IMG/VR virus record: IMGVR_UViG_3300031525_000004
DNA from: a virus
Length of the DNA: 64,000 bases
Strand: one strand, 5' to 3'
Position numbers and translations under genes: made by a program. Of the stretch, positions 1 to 9,161 are shown piece after piece; within the stretch, counting starts at the first letter, position 1; the number at the start of each line of letters is the position of its first letter. Under the pieces are notes generated by a model. It had not been told where the DNA came from, searched no databases, and saw nothing but the letters and a program-made list of their open reading frames with translations.

Positions 1-31
1 GGACGCTCAGGTTGAAGCGCATCGCCGGACG

Positions 32-3000
32 ATGAACCCGGACAACGACGTGTTTCTGGCTAACGGCGTCACCTCGCAGGACGGCCCGGCGGTCGTCGAC
101 CACGACTTGCATGTTGTCTCTGCGAATGGCCGGTCAATCTCTCTGGCGATGATGCTCCGGGACAACCCGACCGGCTACGCGAAGTACGTCGAAGACTTCC
201 ACGCGCGCGCGGCATCATTCGGTATCGACCCGGCGGAAATTCTCAAGTACGAACACCCTGTCTTGCTCAAAGTGCTGGACGAGCCAGTAGACCGGAATAG
301 CGCGCAGTGGGCGCTCATGGGCATCGACATGAACGATTCCCAGTCCAGGGGGATCGGCGAAGTCGATATGGGAGCGGCGACGGCCAACCTGCTGACGCCG
401 GAGTTTACCGACCGCCTAAGTGGGATTATCGACTCACTCGACATCTTCGACCGCAAGGGGACGGCTACGACGGTGCGCGAGGCCATGAGCGCGCGGTCTG
501 CGGAGATAGCGAAACTGCTAACAGATGCCGGCGTGATTTCTCCGAATCGGCGCGTCGAATTCATCGACAAAGAGACTGGAGCACTCAAGGAGAAGGCGAA
601 AGATTTATTCGAGAACCTTCTGATGGGGCTGACTGTCACCGACTCCTCCGTCATCAAGGATGCCAAGCCGGCCATCAAAGACAAGCTGACTCGCGCCGGG
701 ATGTCGTTCGTAAAAATGAAGAGCGCCGGCGAGAACTGGAACCTCGCATCGTTCAACACGGACGCGATCCGGCTATTGAATCGGGCACAAGATGCGGAGG
801 CCAGGTTACTAAGACTGGCCACGCCCGAAGCTCAGGCGCGCGGCGAAGGCTCAGAGTCGCTGATCGAGCGCTATCTCCATCCCACGAACTATCAGGACAA
901 AAATGGCTTTGGTCCACAGGTCGATCTTCTTTTGGATGGCCAGGCGCACGTTGCTCCGCCACATCCGGCAGTTGAAGCGCTGGCTCGGGCGATAGAAGAG
1001 TCGCCGCGGGATTACGCGACCATGATCGCGGAGTATGCGAAATCGGCCACGGGCACCCAGTTGAGTATGTACGGCGCGGAGCACCCCGCCGTTGCATTCA
1101 CCAACAAAATCGCCAGCCGGTACAGCGACGGCAATGGTGGCAAACTCAGTGTGGCCCCCGAAGAGTGGGGCACAGTCGCTGGTCTGTCCGACAAGGCGAA
1201 GGCGGAAATCGAACTCGGCCACGGCCCGCTGCCAGTTGAACCCGAGGTCCACGCAGAGACTGCCATTGCGGATGTGACGCCGGATTCATCGAGCGTGACG
1301 GAGGCGATTCCCGAAGGACCGCGCACAGTGCAGGATTTGCGCAAGGCGATCGAGAACTTTCCTGGCCTCACTCCTGAATTAGCGGAAGCGGCGTCGCAAA
1401 TGATCGAGCAGTTTCTTCCGAACGCTCTTGGTATGAGCGTGGAGGAATTACTTGGCAATCGGCGGCTTAATTTCGCAATCGGCGGCAAAGATCTCGATAA
1501 TCGCGGCTACATGCAGATGATTGGTGAAACTTCGGCTGTCATCGGGATTTGCGACTCTGCGGACATTTCCACCTTTGTCGAGGAGGTTGGGCACTACATC
1601 CGGCAATTTATGAAACCGGAGCACCAATCTACTGCAAATAGATTCGTTGACTTTAAGCCGGAAGCCCCGAAGAATTTCAAGGATAGGTCTGGGGCGGTGG
1701 AGTTCGTTGAGTCGGCTAACAGGAAAATTGCGGAGACGGCGGAAAATAAAAAGAGTGTCGAAGCTGGGCAATGGGAGGTTGTCTCTTCGGGAGATGGCTT
1801 CGCTGCCCGTAAAGGGTGGTCTGAAGGCCAAGAAGAGATGTTTACAGGCGCGCTAAAGAGATATCACTTCGACGGAGGCATCCGGCGCGGCAATATGGAG
1901 AAGGTATTTTCGACGATATCGAAGGCTATGCAGTCGATATATTCCTTCGTGACGGCGCGGAAATGGGCGCAAGGTTCGAAAGAACTCAATGCCATGTTCG
2001 ATAACTGGTACGACTGGGATAGGGCAGAGCGCAAGCCACTTACAACGCGACTCGACCCGGATGTACTGGCGGATGCAGCTAAGGGCGAGTGGCCGAAGAA
2101 TCTCAAGTCTGTCGATTTCAGCGAACGGCAGGTGAGCGCCAAGGGAAGTAAGTTCACTTTCCTCGACGAAGAGGAGGCTCGCAACTTCATAAAGGATAAG
2201 AGGAACGCGGTCAAGGCCTACCGGATATACAAGGAACCTGGCAAGGACATGATCTACGTCATCGCCGATTCTAATACTAAGACACTCCATCAGCCCGGAC
2301 TTAGTGAAACGTTCGATCTTGCCCGCAAGGCAAAAGACCTAGAAGCGCAACTCAAGAAGGAAAATGATCCCAGGCGGCAGGCGTGGCTGCGTGGACAGTT
2401 GAACGATGTCGAGAATAAGTTGCGAGGGTCTACATTCGTGGCTGGAGGAACGCCGGAGCCGAAAGACACCAGCGTCATCCAGTTGGTGCATGGTCTGAGC
2501 GAAAAGCCGACGATGAATGAGCCGACGACCCCGGCGCAGGCTGTGACCGTGCAGCAGGCCCAAGGCGACCCAACCGCAATTTCACTGGGAGGTGACCGTG
2601 GCAAACCGCGAGGAGTACCTGATGGACCTGCTGGGGTTCGAGAAGAGAAGCCAGTTGATCGAGTTCCTGAACAAGCCAAGCCAGCCGACGGGGAACCTGC
2701 ACCCGCAAAGGGTCGAAGAGGCGACGGCGACATCGCCAAGCCAGCAAAGTCCCCCCTCAACGAAGTAAAGGCTGCGAAGCTCAAGGCACCCGACCGGCAG
2801 CGCGGGACGCCAGTGGCCGATCCCGATGTGTGGCGTGGGCATGTCGAGGCGCTAGGACTGCCGACCGGGACTCCGCCGCCGACCGTGCGCATTGATCCCG
2901 ACATCCGAGACCTGATGATCTACCCCGGCCAGGCGGAAGCAATCGAAGGCGCGTTGTCTGCGCTTCAGCAGCATGACGCGACAATCCTTGCAGCTCCGAC

Positions 3001-6000
3001 CGGAGCCGGCAAGTCCTGGATGCTGTCTGCTATTGCCAATCACCTACTCGGCACCGGCGGCGACACGGTTGGCTTACTGGTAACTCGTAGCCAAAACCTA
3101 ATCCATGAGGCCGACGGCTTCGTCGATACAGCCCGGAAGTTTGGCGTCGACGTGGACGAGTTGCCAACAAAGATGGCCGACCTCCAGACCGGCATGTACG
3201 CGGCGACTTACGCCGGAATCCGAGGCAATCGCGACCTGCTCACTGTTCCGTGGGACTTTGTGCTCTTTGACGAGTCAGCCGAGGCTCGGAACTGGACGGA
3301 CTCCGAACAGGGCAAGGCCGTAACCCTATTGGGACATGCGGCGAAGAAAGTAGTCTATTCGAGCGCCACGCCCTATTCGACGGTCATGGAACTCGGGTAC
3401 ATGCACAAGCTCGGCCTCTGGCCAAAGGGAGGGTTCACCGAATGGGCAAGGCAGTTTGGTTTGACGGAAGTTGGGCCAAATACCTACAGCGGTGGCACGA
3501 GCGCCAAAAAGCTCGAGAAGTTGCGGCAGCAGATCATCGAGCGAGGGCAGTGGCAAACGCTACACAAGGACATGGATGGCGTCGAGGCGCACGTCGCTCT
3601 GGTTCCGCAGACTCCTGAAGTCAGGGCTGGCGTGCGCAGTATCCGCCAGGCGTTCGCTATGGCCATGGAAGGCTTCAAGAGCGCCGGCATGAGCCGCTAT
3701 CTGACGCCGACGGCTGGCCACGAAGCGATTTACCTCAAGCGGTACATCGAAAGCCAGCGGCTGCCGAACGCGATCGAGTTGGGCAAGAAGGCGATTGCCG
3801 ACGGATGGAAGCCAATCTTCTTTTCGGAGTACCGTTCCGGCGCCGAGATGGGCATGGACTTCTTCCACAACCTACCGGGCGACATGGGCGCGCAAATCAA
3901 CAAGCTCCTGCCGCCGCTGCCGGATGTGGTGGCGAAGATGCGCGAGGCCTTCGGCGATAAGGTTGGAATCTTTGCCGGCGAGGCGAACGACCTGCGCGCG
4001 GACGAACTCTCGCAGTTCATGACCGGCGACAAGGACGCTCTCTATATGACGTATGCTGCCGGAGGCGTTGGCGCGAACCCCCAGGATAAGGTGGGCGACA
4101 AGCCGCGCATGGGCATCTTCCTTGGTTTGCCCTGGTCTGGAATCATGTTCGAGCAGAGCACTGGACGCCCATGGCGCTACGGCACAATGTCGAATGTGGC
4201 AAACGTGTTTATCACATCTGACACTCTGCCCGAGATGAAGGTGCTGGCGACGAAGATACTGCCGAGGATGCGTGCGCTGAAAGCGGCCGTCTACGGCGAG
4301 AAGATGGAATCGAAGCTCTCGAAGAACCTGCGCGAGTCGGTCGGTATTCCAGAGGAGATGCTGCAGTACGAACAGGGCGAGGAAGTTCAGACGCAGGCTG
4401 CCGAGTGGGAAAAGGATGGCGAGGGAGCCAACTACACCCATCTGAAAGACTTCGAGATGCCGAAGGCGAAGGATGCCAAGAACAAGGGCATGAAGTACAA
4501 GGGGCAAGGGAAGCGGCTCTACCAGGGGCCGAAGGAAGAAGACCCATGGGCGCGCGCGGCTAACGATGCTTGGGCCGATGTTCTGAAGCGGAGCAGCGGT
4601 CTACCGGCTCCGACGGCGCGCGCTATCACCGCCAACGAGGCCATTATTAAGTCGGAAGCGGCGCAGGCTGGGCGTAAGGCCATGGGTAGCGGAGAATCCG
4701 TGCCAGATGCGACGAAGCGGAAATCGCTGGACATGATGAACGATATGCTGCTCTCCGACGCTAAACTCGTGAGGATGCACGGGGCGCAGGGCGGCGTACG
4801 CAATATTGGCCGCTTTGTGCAGGAGAATGGCTGGCTGCTTGCGACCTCCGGCGACAAGGTGGTAGAGAAGGCTTTCAAGCGCGCCGGGATGCCGGAGTTG
4901 GGCGAGGAAGTCAAGCGGCGCATGATCGACTGGGATTTGCGCAAGGGGCTGTATCAGGGACGGCTGCAGGGCATGTTGCGCGAGATCATCAAGGGCAACA
5001 AAATCACGCCGAAGGAATTGGGGTTGGTATCGAAGATCGTCGAAAACAAAGGCTCATCTGATGAACCGCGCATCAACAAGGCCGTCGCCGAATTCCGCAA
5101 GTTCACCGCGCACGTCCGCAAACTAATGGCTGACGCCGGATCCGTCGTCGTCGTCTACGAAGACGGCAAGCGCAAAGAGGTTCCGTACAAGGCCATCGAA
5201 GAGGATCCCAATTACTGGCCGCGCATGTATGACTGGGACCAGCCCTTCGTTATCAAAGAAAAGGACACCGGGAATCGCGTAGTTAAGACGTTGGCCGAGA
5301 TCATGAATATGCCGACTGGCGACGAGCGTCGCGAGCGGCTTATCAACGTATTTGCCGAGAGCAAGGGGATTCCCAAGCTTCAGGCGCAGGCATTCTTTGA
5401 GCGCAACGACCGCGGCATCCGCTTAGCTGGCAACGTGGAGCGCGCACGCCAGTTCGACATTCCGATGTATGGCCGTGATCGGCAGGCGCTGGAGCGGTAC
5501 ATCGACCAAGTATCGACGACACTGGCGACCACGGAGGTACACGGCCAGTTCCGGCAGAAGTTGGATCCGCTCATCGCAAAACTGCCAGATTACGAGAGCA
5601 AACTGGTGAACCACATCATCACGTCCGATCTTGACCCGGCACATCTGCCGAAATCCGATCGGCAGGCCATGTCCGCATTCAACACCGCCGTCATTACGGG
5701 AAAGATGTTCTACAGCCCGCTCAAGGTGGGGCTCCATCTTTGGAAGGCCGGCCTGTCCACCAACACACGCAGCCTCGTCTGGGCGATGTTTGAGGGCGTG
5801 ACTCACCCGCAAGAGATGATGACGCGGGCGAGAGATGCGAATGCGCTCATGGAGTACAGCAAGGCGGCGTGGCTGCACGATTACGGCGCAAAGTCAGGAG
5901 GCATCGCCCAGCTATTCCTCGATTACACCGGGTTCACTTCGCTAATCAATTTTAGCCGCGTGATTTCTGCCGGCGCGGGGCGGCTGTGGTTCGAGAAGTA

Positions 6001-6895
6001 TGCCTATCCCGAGCTAAAGAAAGACCCGGAAAACAAGGACTTGCGCCGTAAGTTATCCGACCTCTATGGAATGTCGGATGAGCAACTGGACAACATCGTC
6101 AAGAATGGCTACGGGCCGGATGACGTGCGCAGGATGGAGTTGGGAGCAGCTAACTGGACCACTGGCAGCAACCGGCCGTCAGAGATGCCACCTGCATTCC
6201 GTCCCGGCAAGAATGCGAGTCCGGTCGAGCATCGCCTGGCGACCATCCTTCGCATGACGCAATCGCTTCACGGCTTCATGTTCAAGACGGCGAATCTGGT
6301 GAACCGGGCAGTCTTCGAGCAACTTTACAAGTCTGATTGGAAGAGCCCCGCGCCCTACCACTTGATCGGCCGCTTTGCTTTCAATGCTGGGTTGGCTGGA
6401 TTTGCGCTTGAGCAGATTCAAGCTCTGCGTCACCGGATGTCGGGATCGTCGGAGGCGGACATTGAGAAGCGCCGGCACGAGTGGCTGGAGCAGCACCCGG
6501 CTTCGGCGGAGTCCCTGTGGTGGTCGATGGCAAACATCTCGATGGCGGTCGGCATCCAGCCGATGACGGAACTCTTTAATGAGATGGCTACGCGTGATCC
6601 GAAAGACAAGCAGAAACTCAATCAGCAGCACCGAGTTACACGGTCTGCGATGGGCATGATTCTCGGTATTCCCGGCGAGGACGTGACGGCAATTCTCACT
6701 GCGGTCGAGGATTACCATGCGACGTTCGAGGACACCGGCCACCACAAGCAGGACGCGGAGACCCGCCGCGCGAACATCCGCGACCGGCTGCTCAATGAAT
6801 TGGTTACCGCTACGGCGTCGATTTCAGTCCTGAAGCCGAAAAAGGTCGAACCCGCCTACGGTGGTCGCCACAAGCGCGTTTCCAGCCGCATGTAA
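32..6895 (+). CDS. Giant polyvalent-type protein with central SNF2/SF2 helicase core (possibly 5'-truncated by window edge)
   Basis: 2287-aa ORF. The frame is open from nt 2, so the start may lie upstream. Helicase motifs read directly: AAPTGAGKS (Walker A, ~nt 2990), LFDESAEARN (DExx, ~3260), SSATPY, TYAAGGVGANPQD, QSTGRPWRYG (~4150). Pro/Gly/Lys-rich linker ~2450-2860. About 900 aa of unassigned C-terminal extension. Confidence 0.85.
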   Translation: MNPDNDVFLANGVTSQDGPAVVDHDLHVVSANGRSISLAMMLRDNPTGYAKYVEDFHARAASFGIDPAEILKYEHPVLLKVLDEPVDRNSAQWALMGIDMNDSQSRGIGEVDMGAATANLLTPEFTDRLSGIIDSLDIFDRKGTATTVREAMSARSAEIAKLLTDAGVISPNRRVEFIDKETGALKEKAKDLFENLLMGLTVTDSSVIKDAKPAIKDKLTRAGMSFVKMKSAGENWNLASFNTDAIRLLNRAQDAEARLLRLATPEAQARGEGSESLIERYLHPTNYQDKNGFGPQVDLLLDGQAHVAPPHPAVEALARAIEESPRDYATMIAEYAKSATGTQLSMYGAEHPAVAFTNKIASRYSDGNGGKLSVAPEEWGTVAGLSDKAKAEIELGHGPLPVEPEVHAETAIADVTPDSSSVTEAIPEGPRTVQDLRKAIENFPGLTPELAEAASQMIEQFLPNALGMSVEELLGNRRLNFAIGGKDLDNRGYMQMIGETSAVIGICDSADISTFVEEVGHYIRQFMKPEHQSTANRFVDFKPEAPKNFKDRSGAVEFVESANRKIAETAENKKSVEAGQWEVVSSGDGFAARKGWSEGQEEMFTGALKRYHFDGGIRRGNMEKVFSTISKAMQSIYSFVTARKWAQGSKELNAMFDNWYDWDRAERKPLTTRLDPDVLADAAKGEWPKNLKSVDFSERQVSAKGSKFTFLDEEEARNFIKDKRNAVKAYRIYKEPGKDMIYVIADSNTKTLHQPGLSETFDLARKAKDLEAQLKKENDPRRQAWLRGQLNDVENKLRGSTFVAGGTPEPKDTSVIQLVHGLSEKPTMNEPTTPAQAVTVQQAQGDPTAISLGGDRGKPRGVPDGPAGVREEKPVDRVPEQAKPADGEPAPAKGRRGDGDIAKPAKSPLNEVKAAKLKAPDRQRGTPVADPDVWRGHVEALGLPTGTPPPTVRIDPDIRDLMIYPGQAEAIEGALSALQQHDATILAAPTGAGKSWMLSAIANHLLGTGGDTVGLLVTRSQNLIHEADGFVDTARKFGVDVDELPTKMADLQTGMYAATYAGIRGNRDLLTVPWDFVLFDESAEARNWTDSEQGKAVTLLGHAAKKVVYSSATPYSTVMELGYMHKLGLWPKGGFTEWARQFGLTEVGPNTYSGGTSAKKLEKLRQQIIERGQWQTLHKDMDGVEAHVALVPQTPEVRAGVRSIRQAFAMAMEGFKSAGMSRYLTPTAGHEAIYLKRYIESQRLPNAIELGKKAIADGWKPIFFSEYRSGAEMGMDFFHNLPGDMGAQINKLLPPLPDVVAKMREAFGDKVGIFAGEANDLRADELSQFMTGDKDALYMTYAAGGVGANPQDKVGDKPRMGIFLGLPWSGIMFEQSTGRPWRYGTMSNVANVFITSDTLPEMKVLATKILPRMRALKAAVYGEKMESKLSKNLRESVGIPEEMLQYEQGEEVQTQAAEWEKDGEGANYTHLKDFEMPKAKDAKNKGMKYKGQGKRLYQGPKEEDPWARAANDAWADVLKRSSGLPAPTARAITANEAIIKSEAAQAGRKAMGSGESVPDATKRKSLDMMNDMLLSDAKLVRMHGAQGGVRNIGRFVQENGWLLATSGDKVVEKAFKRAGMPELGEEVKRRMIDWDLRKGLYQGRLQGMLREIIKGNKITPKELGLVSKIVENKGSSDEPRINKAVAEFRKFTAHVRKLMADAGSVVVVYEDGKRKEVPYKAIEEDPNYWPRMYDWDQPFVIKEKDTGNRVVKTLAEIMNMPTGDERRERLINVFAESKGIPKLQAQAFFERNDRGIRLAGNVERARQFDIPMYGRDRQALERYIDQVSTTLATTEVHGQFRQKLDPLIAKLPDYESKLVNHIITSDLDPAHLPKSDRQAMSAFNTAVITGKMFYSPLKVGLHLWKAGLSTNTRSLVWAMFEGVTHPQEMMTRARDANALMEYSKAAWLHDYGAKSGGIAQLFLDYTGFTSLINFSRVISAGAGRLWFEKYAYPELKKDPENKDLRRKLSDLYGMSDEQLDNIVKNGYGPDDVRRMELGAANWTTGSNRPSEMPPAFRPGKNASPVEHRLATILRMTQSLHGFMFKTANLVNRAVFEQLYKSDWKSPAPYHLIGRFAFNAGLAGFALEQIQALRHRMSGSSEADIEKRRHEWLEQHPASAESLWWSMANISMAVGIQPMTELFNEMATRDPKDKQKLNQQHRVTRSAMGMILGIPGEDVTAILTAVEDYHATFEDTGHHKQDAETRRANIRDRLLNELVTATASISVLKPKKVEPAYGGRHKRVSSRM

Positions 6896-6897
6896 AA

Positions 6898-6930
6898 ACG
6901 CTTGCAGAAAACCTCCGCGTGTAGCAGAAT
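6898..6930 (+). promoter_or_regulatory. Operator-like motif ACGCTTGCAGAA overlapping a candidate promoter (TTGCAG-17 nt-CAGAAT)
   Basis: 12-mer at 6898-6909 is the reverse complement of the recurrent TTCTGCAAGCGT motif. TTGCAG 6902-6907 and CAGAAT 6925-6930 are 17 nt apart. Confidence 0.35.
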
Positions 6931-6945
6931 CGTCGTAGGTCTTTC

Positions 6946-6981
6946 CGGGGTTCCTGCACGCGAACGGAACCCCGATTTTTT
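6946..6981 (+). terminator. Intrinsic terminator after the giant gene
   Basis: 9-bp GC-rich stem CGGGGTTCC / GGAACCCCG (6946-6954 / 6966-6974) with an 11-nt loop, followed by A then a T6 run (6976-6981). It abuts the tRNA. Confidence 0.65.
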
Positions 6982-7058
6982 GCCATCGTCGTATAGTGGC
7001 CCATTACACTCGGCCCTTACCCGAGTTGACCTCAGTTCGAATCTGAGCGATGGCACCA
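6982..7058 (+). tRNA. tRNA, anticodon CUU (Lys) with atypical C33; CCA encoded
   Basis: Hand-folded cloverleaf. Acceptor GCCATCG/CGATGGC, D arm with A14 and G18G19, anticodon stem CTCGG/CCGAG with loop CCCTTAC, variable TTGAC, T arm CTCAG-TTCGAAT-CTGAG, discriminator A, CCA. Confidence 0.85.
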
Positions 7059-7118
7059 GTTCAAAATTGACCATCTAGCCCCCGCAAAACATGAGACGGT
7101 TGCCTTGAGGTACGTCCC

Positions 7119-7280
7119 ATGATCTTGATTATTCTCCTGCTCTTGATCTTCGTGATTCCATTCGGCGGCAACTATTGGAACAACGGAGCGTACCGCAGCG
7201 CCGGCTTCGGTTTCGGCGGAATCCTGCTGGTCATCCTGGTACTGTTGCTGCTCACGCACTCGACATATATCCGACTTTAA
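7119..7280 (+). CDS. Small membrane protein (DUF3309-like, 53 aa; below ORF-track cutoff)
   Basis: Own translation: MILIILLLLIFVIPFGGNYWNNGAYRSAGFGFGGILLVILVLLLLTHSTYIRL. Two hydrophobic helices flank a Gly/aromatic loop. The family resemblance is from memory. Confidence 0.5.
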   Translation: MILIILLLLIFVIPFGGNYWNNGAYRSAGFGFGGILLVILVLLLLTHSTYIRL

Positions 7281-7371
7281 TAATTCATTTGCCTGCAACC
7301 GTCTGGCGAGATTACGATGATAGGCGAGCGTTAATCGCCCCCAACCCAGCAAAGAAAAAGAGGAAATCTCC

Positions 7372-8052
7372 ATGCCTGACGAAACCGTTGCAAGCACCCC
7401 CGCCGAGCCCGCCACCCCAGTAACCCCGGTCGCTCCCGTTTCTCCTATTGCGCCTGTTCCGGTTGAAGCCGTGACCGCAGAACCCGGATTTTTCCCGGCC
7501 CCTGGCATCTTCAATGCCCCCGTCGCCGTGACTATGAGCGCGGCCGGCCCCGAAGTGGCCATCAACTACACGACCGACGGCACGGAACCCACCACGAGTT
7601 CGCCCGGCTACACCGGCCCGTTTGTTCTCGGTACGACCACGACCGTGAAGGCAATTGCGACGGCTCCGGATCACCTGCCCAGCCCTGTCGTCTCGGCACA
7701 GTACGCGGTGAGCGTGATCCAGTCGGCACCCGCGCCAGCGGCAAACACCACGACCGCAGAGAAGATCGGCAACGAAGTGGCAGCGGGCGTACAGCGCGCG
7801 GAAGTGATGGCCAGCGGCGCTCTGGATGCTACGGGCGCGTTTGCGCAGACGGTTGAGACGGAAGTGGTCAACGCGAAGGCAGCGCTGGCGCATCTGGAGA
7901 CCAGTTCTAACGCTGGTGCGGCCGGGACGATAGTCCAGATCGCGATCAGCCGCTTCGCTGGCGTGATCGCAACGCTGGAGGCTGCACTCGGCATTCATCG
8001 GGCGACGACTGCACCTCCGCCGCCTCCGCCGGCCACGACCGAAACGAAATAA
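7372..8052 (+). CDS. Pro-rich protein with chitobiase/hexosaminidase-C-like (Fn3-associated) domain
   Basis: Contains INYTTDGTEPTTSSPGYTGPFVLGTTTTVKAIA, typical of the CHB_HEX_C-type module. RBS AAGAGGAAA upstream. The C-terminal helical module is shared with 8592..8861. Confidence 0.7.
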   Translation: MPDETVASTPAEPATPVTPVAPVSPIAPVPVEAVTAEPGFFPAPGIFNAPVAVTMSAAGPEVAINYTTDGTEPTTSSPGYTGPFVLGTTTTVKAIATAPDHLPSPVVSAQYAVSVIQSAPAPAANTTTAEKIGNEVAAGVQRAEVMASGALDATGAFAQTVETEVVNAKAALAHLETSSNAGAAGTIVQIAISRFAGVIATLEAALGIHRATTAPPPPPPATTETK

Positions 8053-8076
8053 GTTTTCCATGGGGAGTTTGGACAC

Positions 8077-8109
8077 GGCTCGGGACTTCGGTTCCGGGCC
8101 GCTTTTTTG
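8077..8109 (+). terminator. Intrinsic terminator
   Basis: 10-bp stem GGCTCGGGAC / GTTCCGGGCC with a TTCG tetraloop, followed by GC then a T6 run. Confidence 0.75.
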
Positions 8110-8138
8110 TTGACGCGGGATGCTGCAAGCGTGATACT
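8110..8138 (+). promoter_or_regulatory. Sigma70-like promoter with CTGCAAGCGT motif in the spacer
   Basis: TTGACG (8110-8115), 17-nt spacer ending in CTGCAAGCGT (8123-8132), then GATACT (8133-8138). The ATG of the next gene lies 6 nt after the -10, so the transcript may be leaderless. Confidence 0.55.
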
Positions 8139-8144
8139 GGAAAA

Positions 8145-8582
8145 ATGAAGAAGCGCGCGGGACTTGAACAAGGGCTACCGTTCATGCTTGGGACGGATGA
8201 GATTCCACCGCCGTTGCGCCGTCCGTGGCAAATGTGGAGTACCAGCAGCGACCCTTATCAGAATGGTTTGATTCAATTCGAGTTCACGGAAGAAGGTCTC
8301 GCGGTTGGATGGTTTCCAGATGCGAAGCAACTCATTCCGTGGCACGAATTGGCATGGGGGGCCGGGACTAAATCTCCCGATCTAAACGGCGAAGTGGAAT
8401 GGGTCAGAGAGCAAGCCCAGGCGGAAGGCTATCGACTCGCCAAGAAGCAGTTTATCGAAGACATGCGCGGCAAGGTCACAAAGATAGGCTTGATGTTGAT
8501 CGAAACCGACAATCCATTCCTCGCGAAGTACGCGGAAAAACTCAAGGAACTAATTGTAGAGACCGAAGCCTCCCTGGTTTGA
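8145..8582 (+). CDS. Hypothetical protein
   Basis: 145-aa ORF directly downstream of the candidate promoter. Protein-like composition, no motif recognised. Confidence 0.6.
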   Translation: MKKRAGLEQGLPFMLGTDEIPPPLRRPWQMWSTSSDPYQNGLIQFEFTEEGLAVGWFPDAKQLIPWHELAWGAGTKSPDLNGEVEWVREQAQAEGYRLAKKQFIEDMRGKVTKIGLMLIETDNPFLAKYAEKLKELIVETEASLV

Positions 8583-8591
8583 AAGGAATCC

Positions 8592-8861
8592 ATGACCACC
8601 CCAACAGCAGCATCGATCGCCGCCGAAGTCCAGTCCGAAGTAGAGCAAGCCCTCGCGGCCCAACAGCAGCCGTCGGCAAGCGGCGACACCCTGGCAACCC
8701 AGGTCGAAGCGGAGACGGCAAGCATCCAAGCGGCGCTGGCCCTGCTCAAGACGAGTTCCAACGTCTTCGCGCCGGAGACGATTGACGCGCGGGTTGCGTC
8801 AGCGCTGGAGTTGCATGTTGGGAATCTTGCGGCGGCGACTGCGGCTTATCGGGAGGGGTAG
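8592..8861 (+). CDS. Hypothetical helical protein (paralogous to the C-terminus of 7372..8052)
   Basis: RBS GAAAGGAA upstream. AALALLKTSSNVFAPETI aligns with AALAHLETSSNAGAAGTI of the upstream protein. Confidence 0.6.
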   Translation: MTTPTAASIAAEVQSEVEQALAAQQQPSASGDTLATQVEAETASIQAALALLKTSSNVFAPETIDARVASALELHVGNLAAATAAYREG

Positions 8862-8883
8862 CGTGCGAAGGAGGCAGGGGACA

Positions 8884-9009
8884 ATGATTCATCGTTATCG
8901 GCGGGGGCATAGTTCTCCTCCTTGGTGGATTTGGGCGTTTCCAGTATCCGGCCTCTTGATGTGGGTTTGGGCCATCGTGATTGTTGTGACTGGGGAATCA
9001 CCTTTTTGA
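8884..9009 (+). CDS. Small membrane protein (41 aa)
   Basis: ATG at 8884 preceded by GAAGGAGG. MIHRYRRGHSSPPWWIWAFPVSGLLMWVWAIVIVVTGESPF has one clear TM segment. The longer track ORF 8782.. overlaps the previous gene. Confidence 0.5.
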   Translation: MIHRYRRGHSSPPWWIWAFPVSGLLMWVWAIVIVVTGESPF

Positions 9010-9161
9010 CTTCCGCGAAAGCGGAATGCGCGGGTGTGCATTGGCCAGTACACCACCCAACGGAACATGCCTGATTAGTTTGGCGACCCTGTCGCAGAAC
9101 ACCGCGCTATTGTAGAATGCCCCGGTAGAACCCGGCCCGCGCATAATTTGAGAGGAGGCGA

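Noticed and set aside
175-6745. Many 60-220-aa ORFs on both strands inside the giant helicase gene
   Set aside because: They are Arg/Ser/Pro/Ala-rich shadow ORFs typical of GC-rich coding DNA. The 2287-aa frame carries ordered helicase motifs.
7032-7565. 177-aa minus-strand ORF overlapping the tRNA 3' end, the small membrane protein gene and 7372..8052
   Set aside because: It conflicts with three better-supported plus-strand features and has low-complexity Gly/Ala/Thr content.
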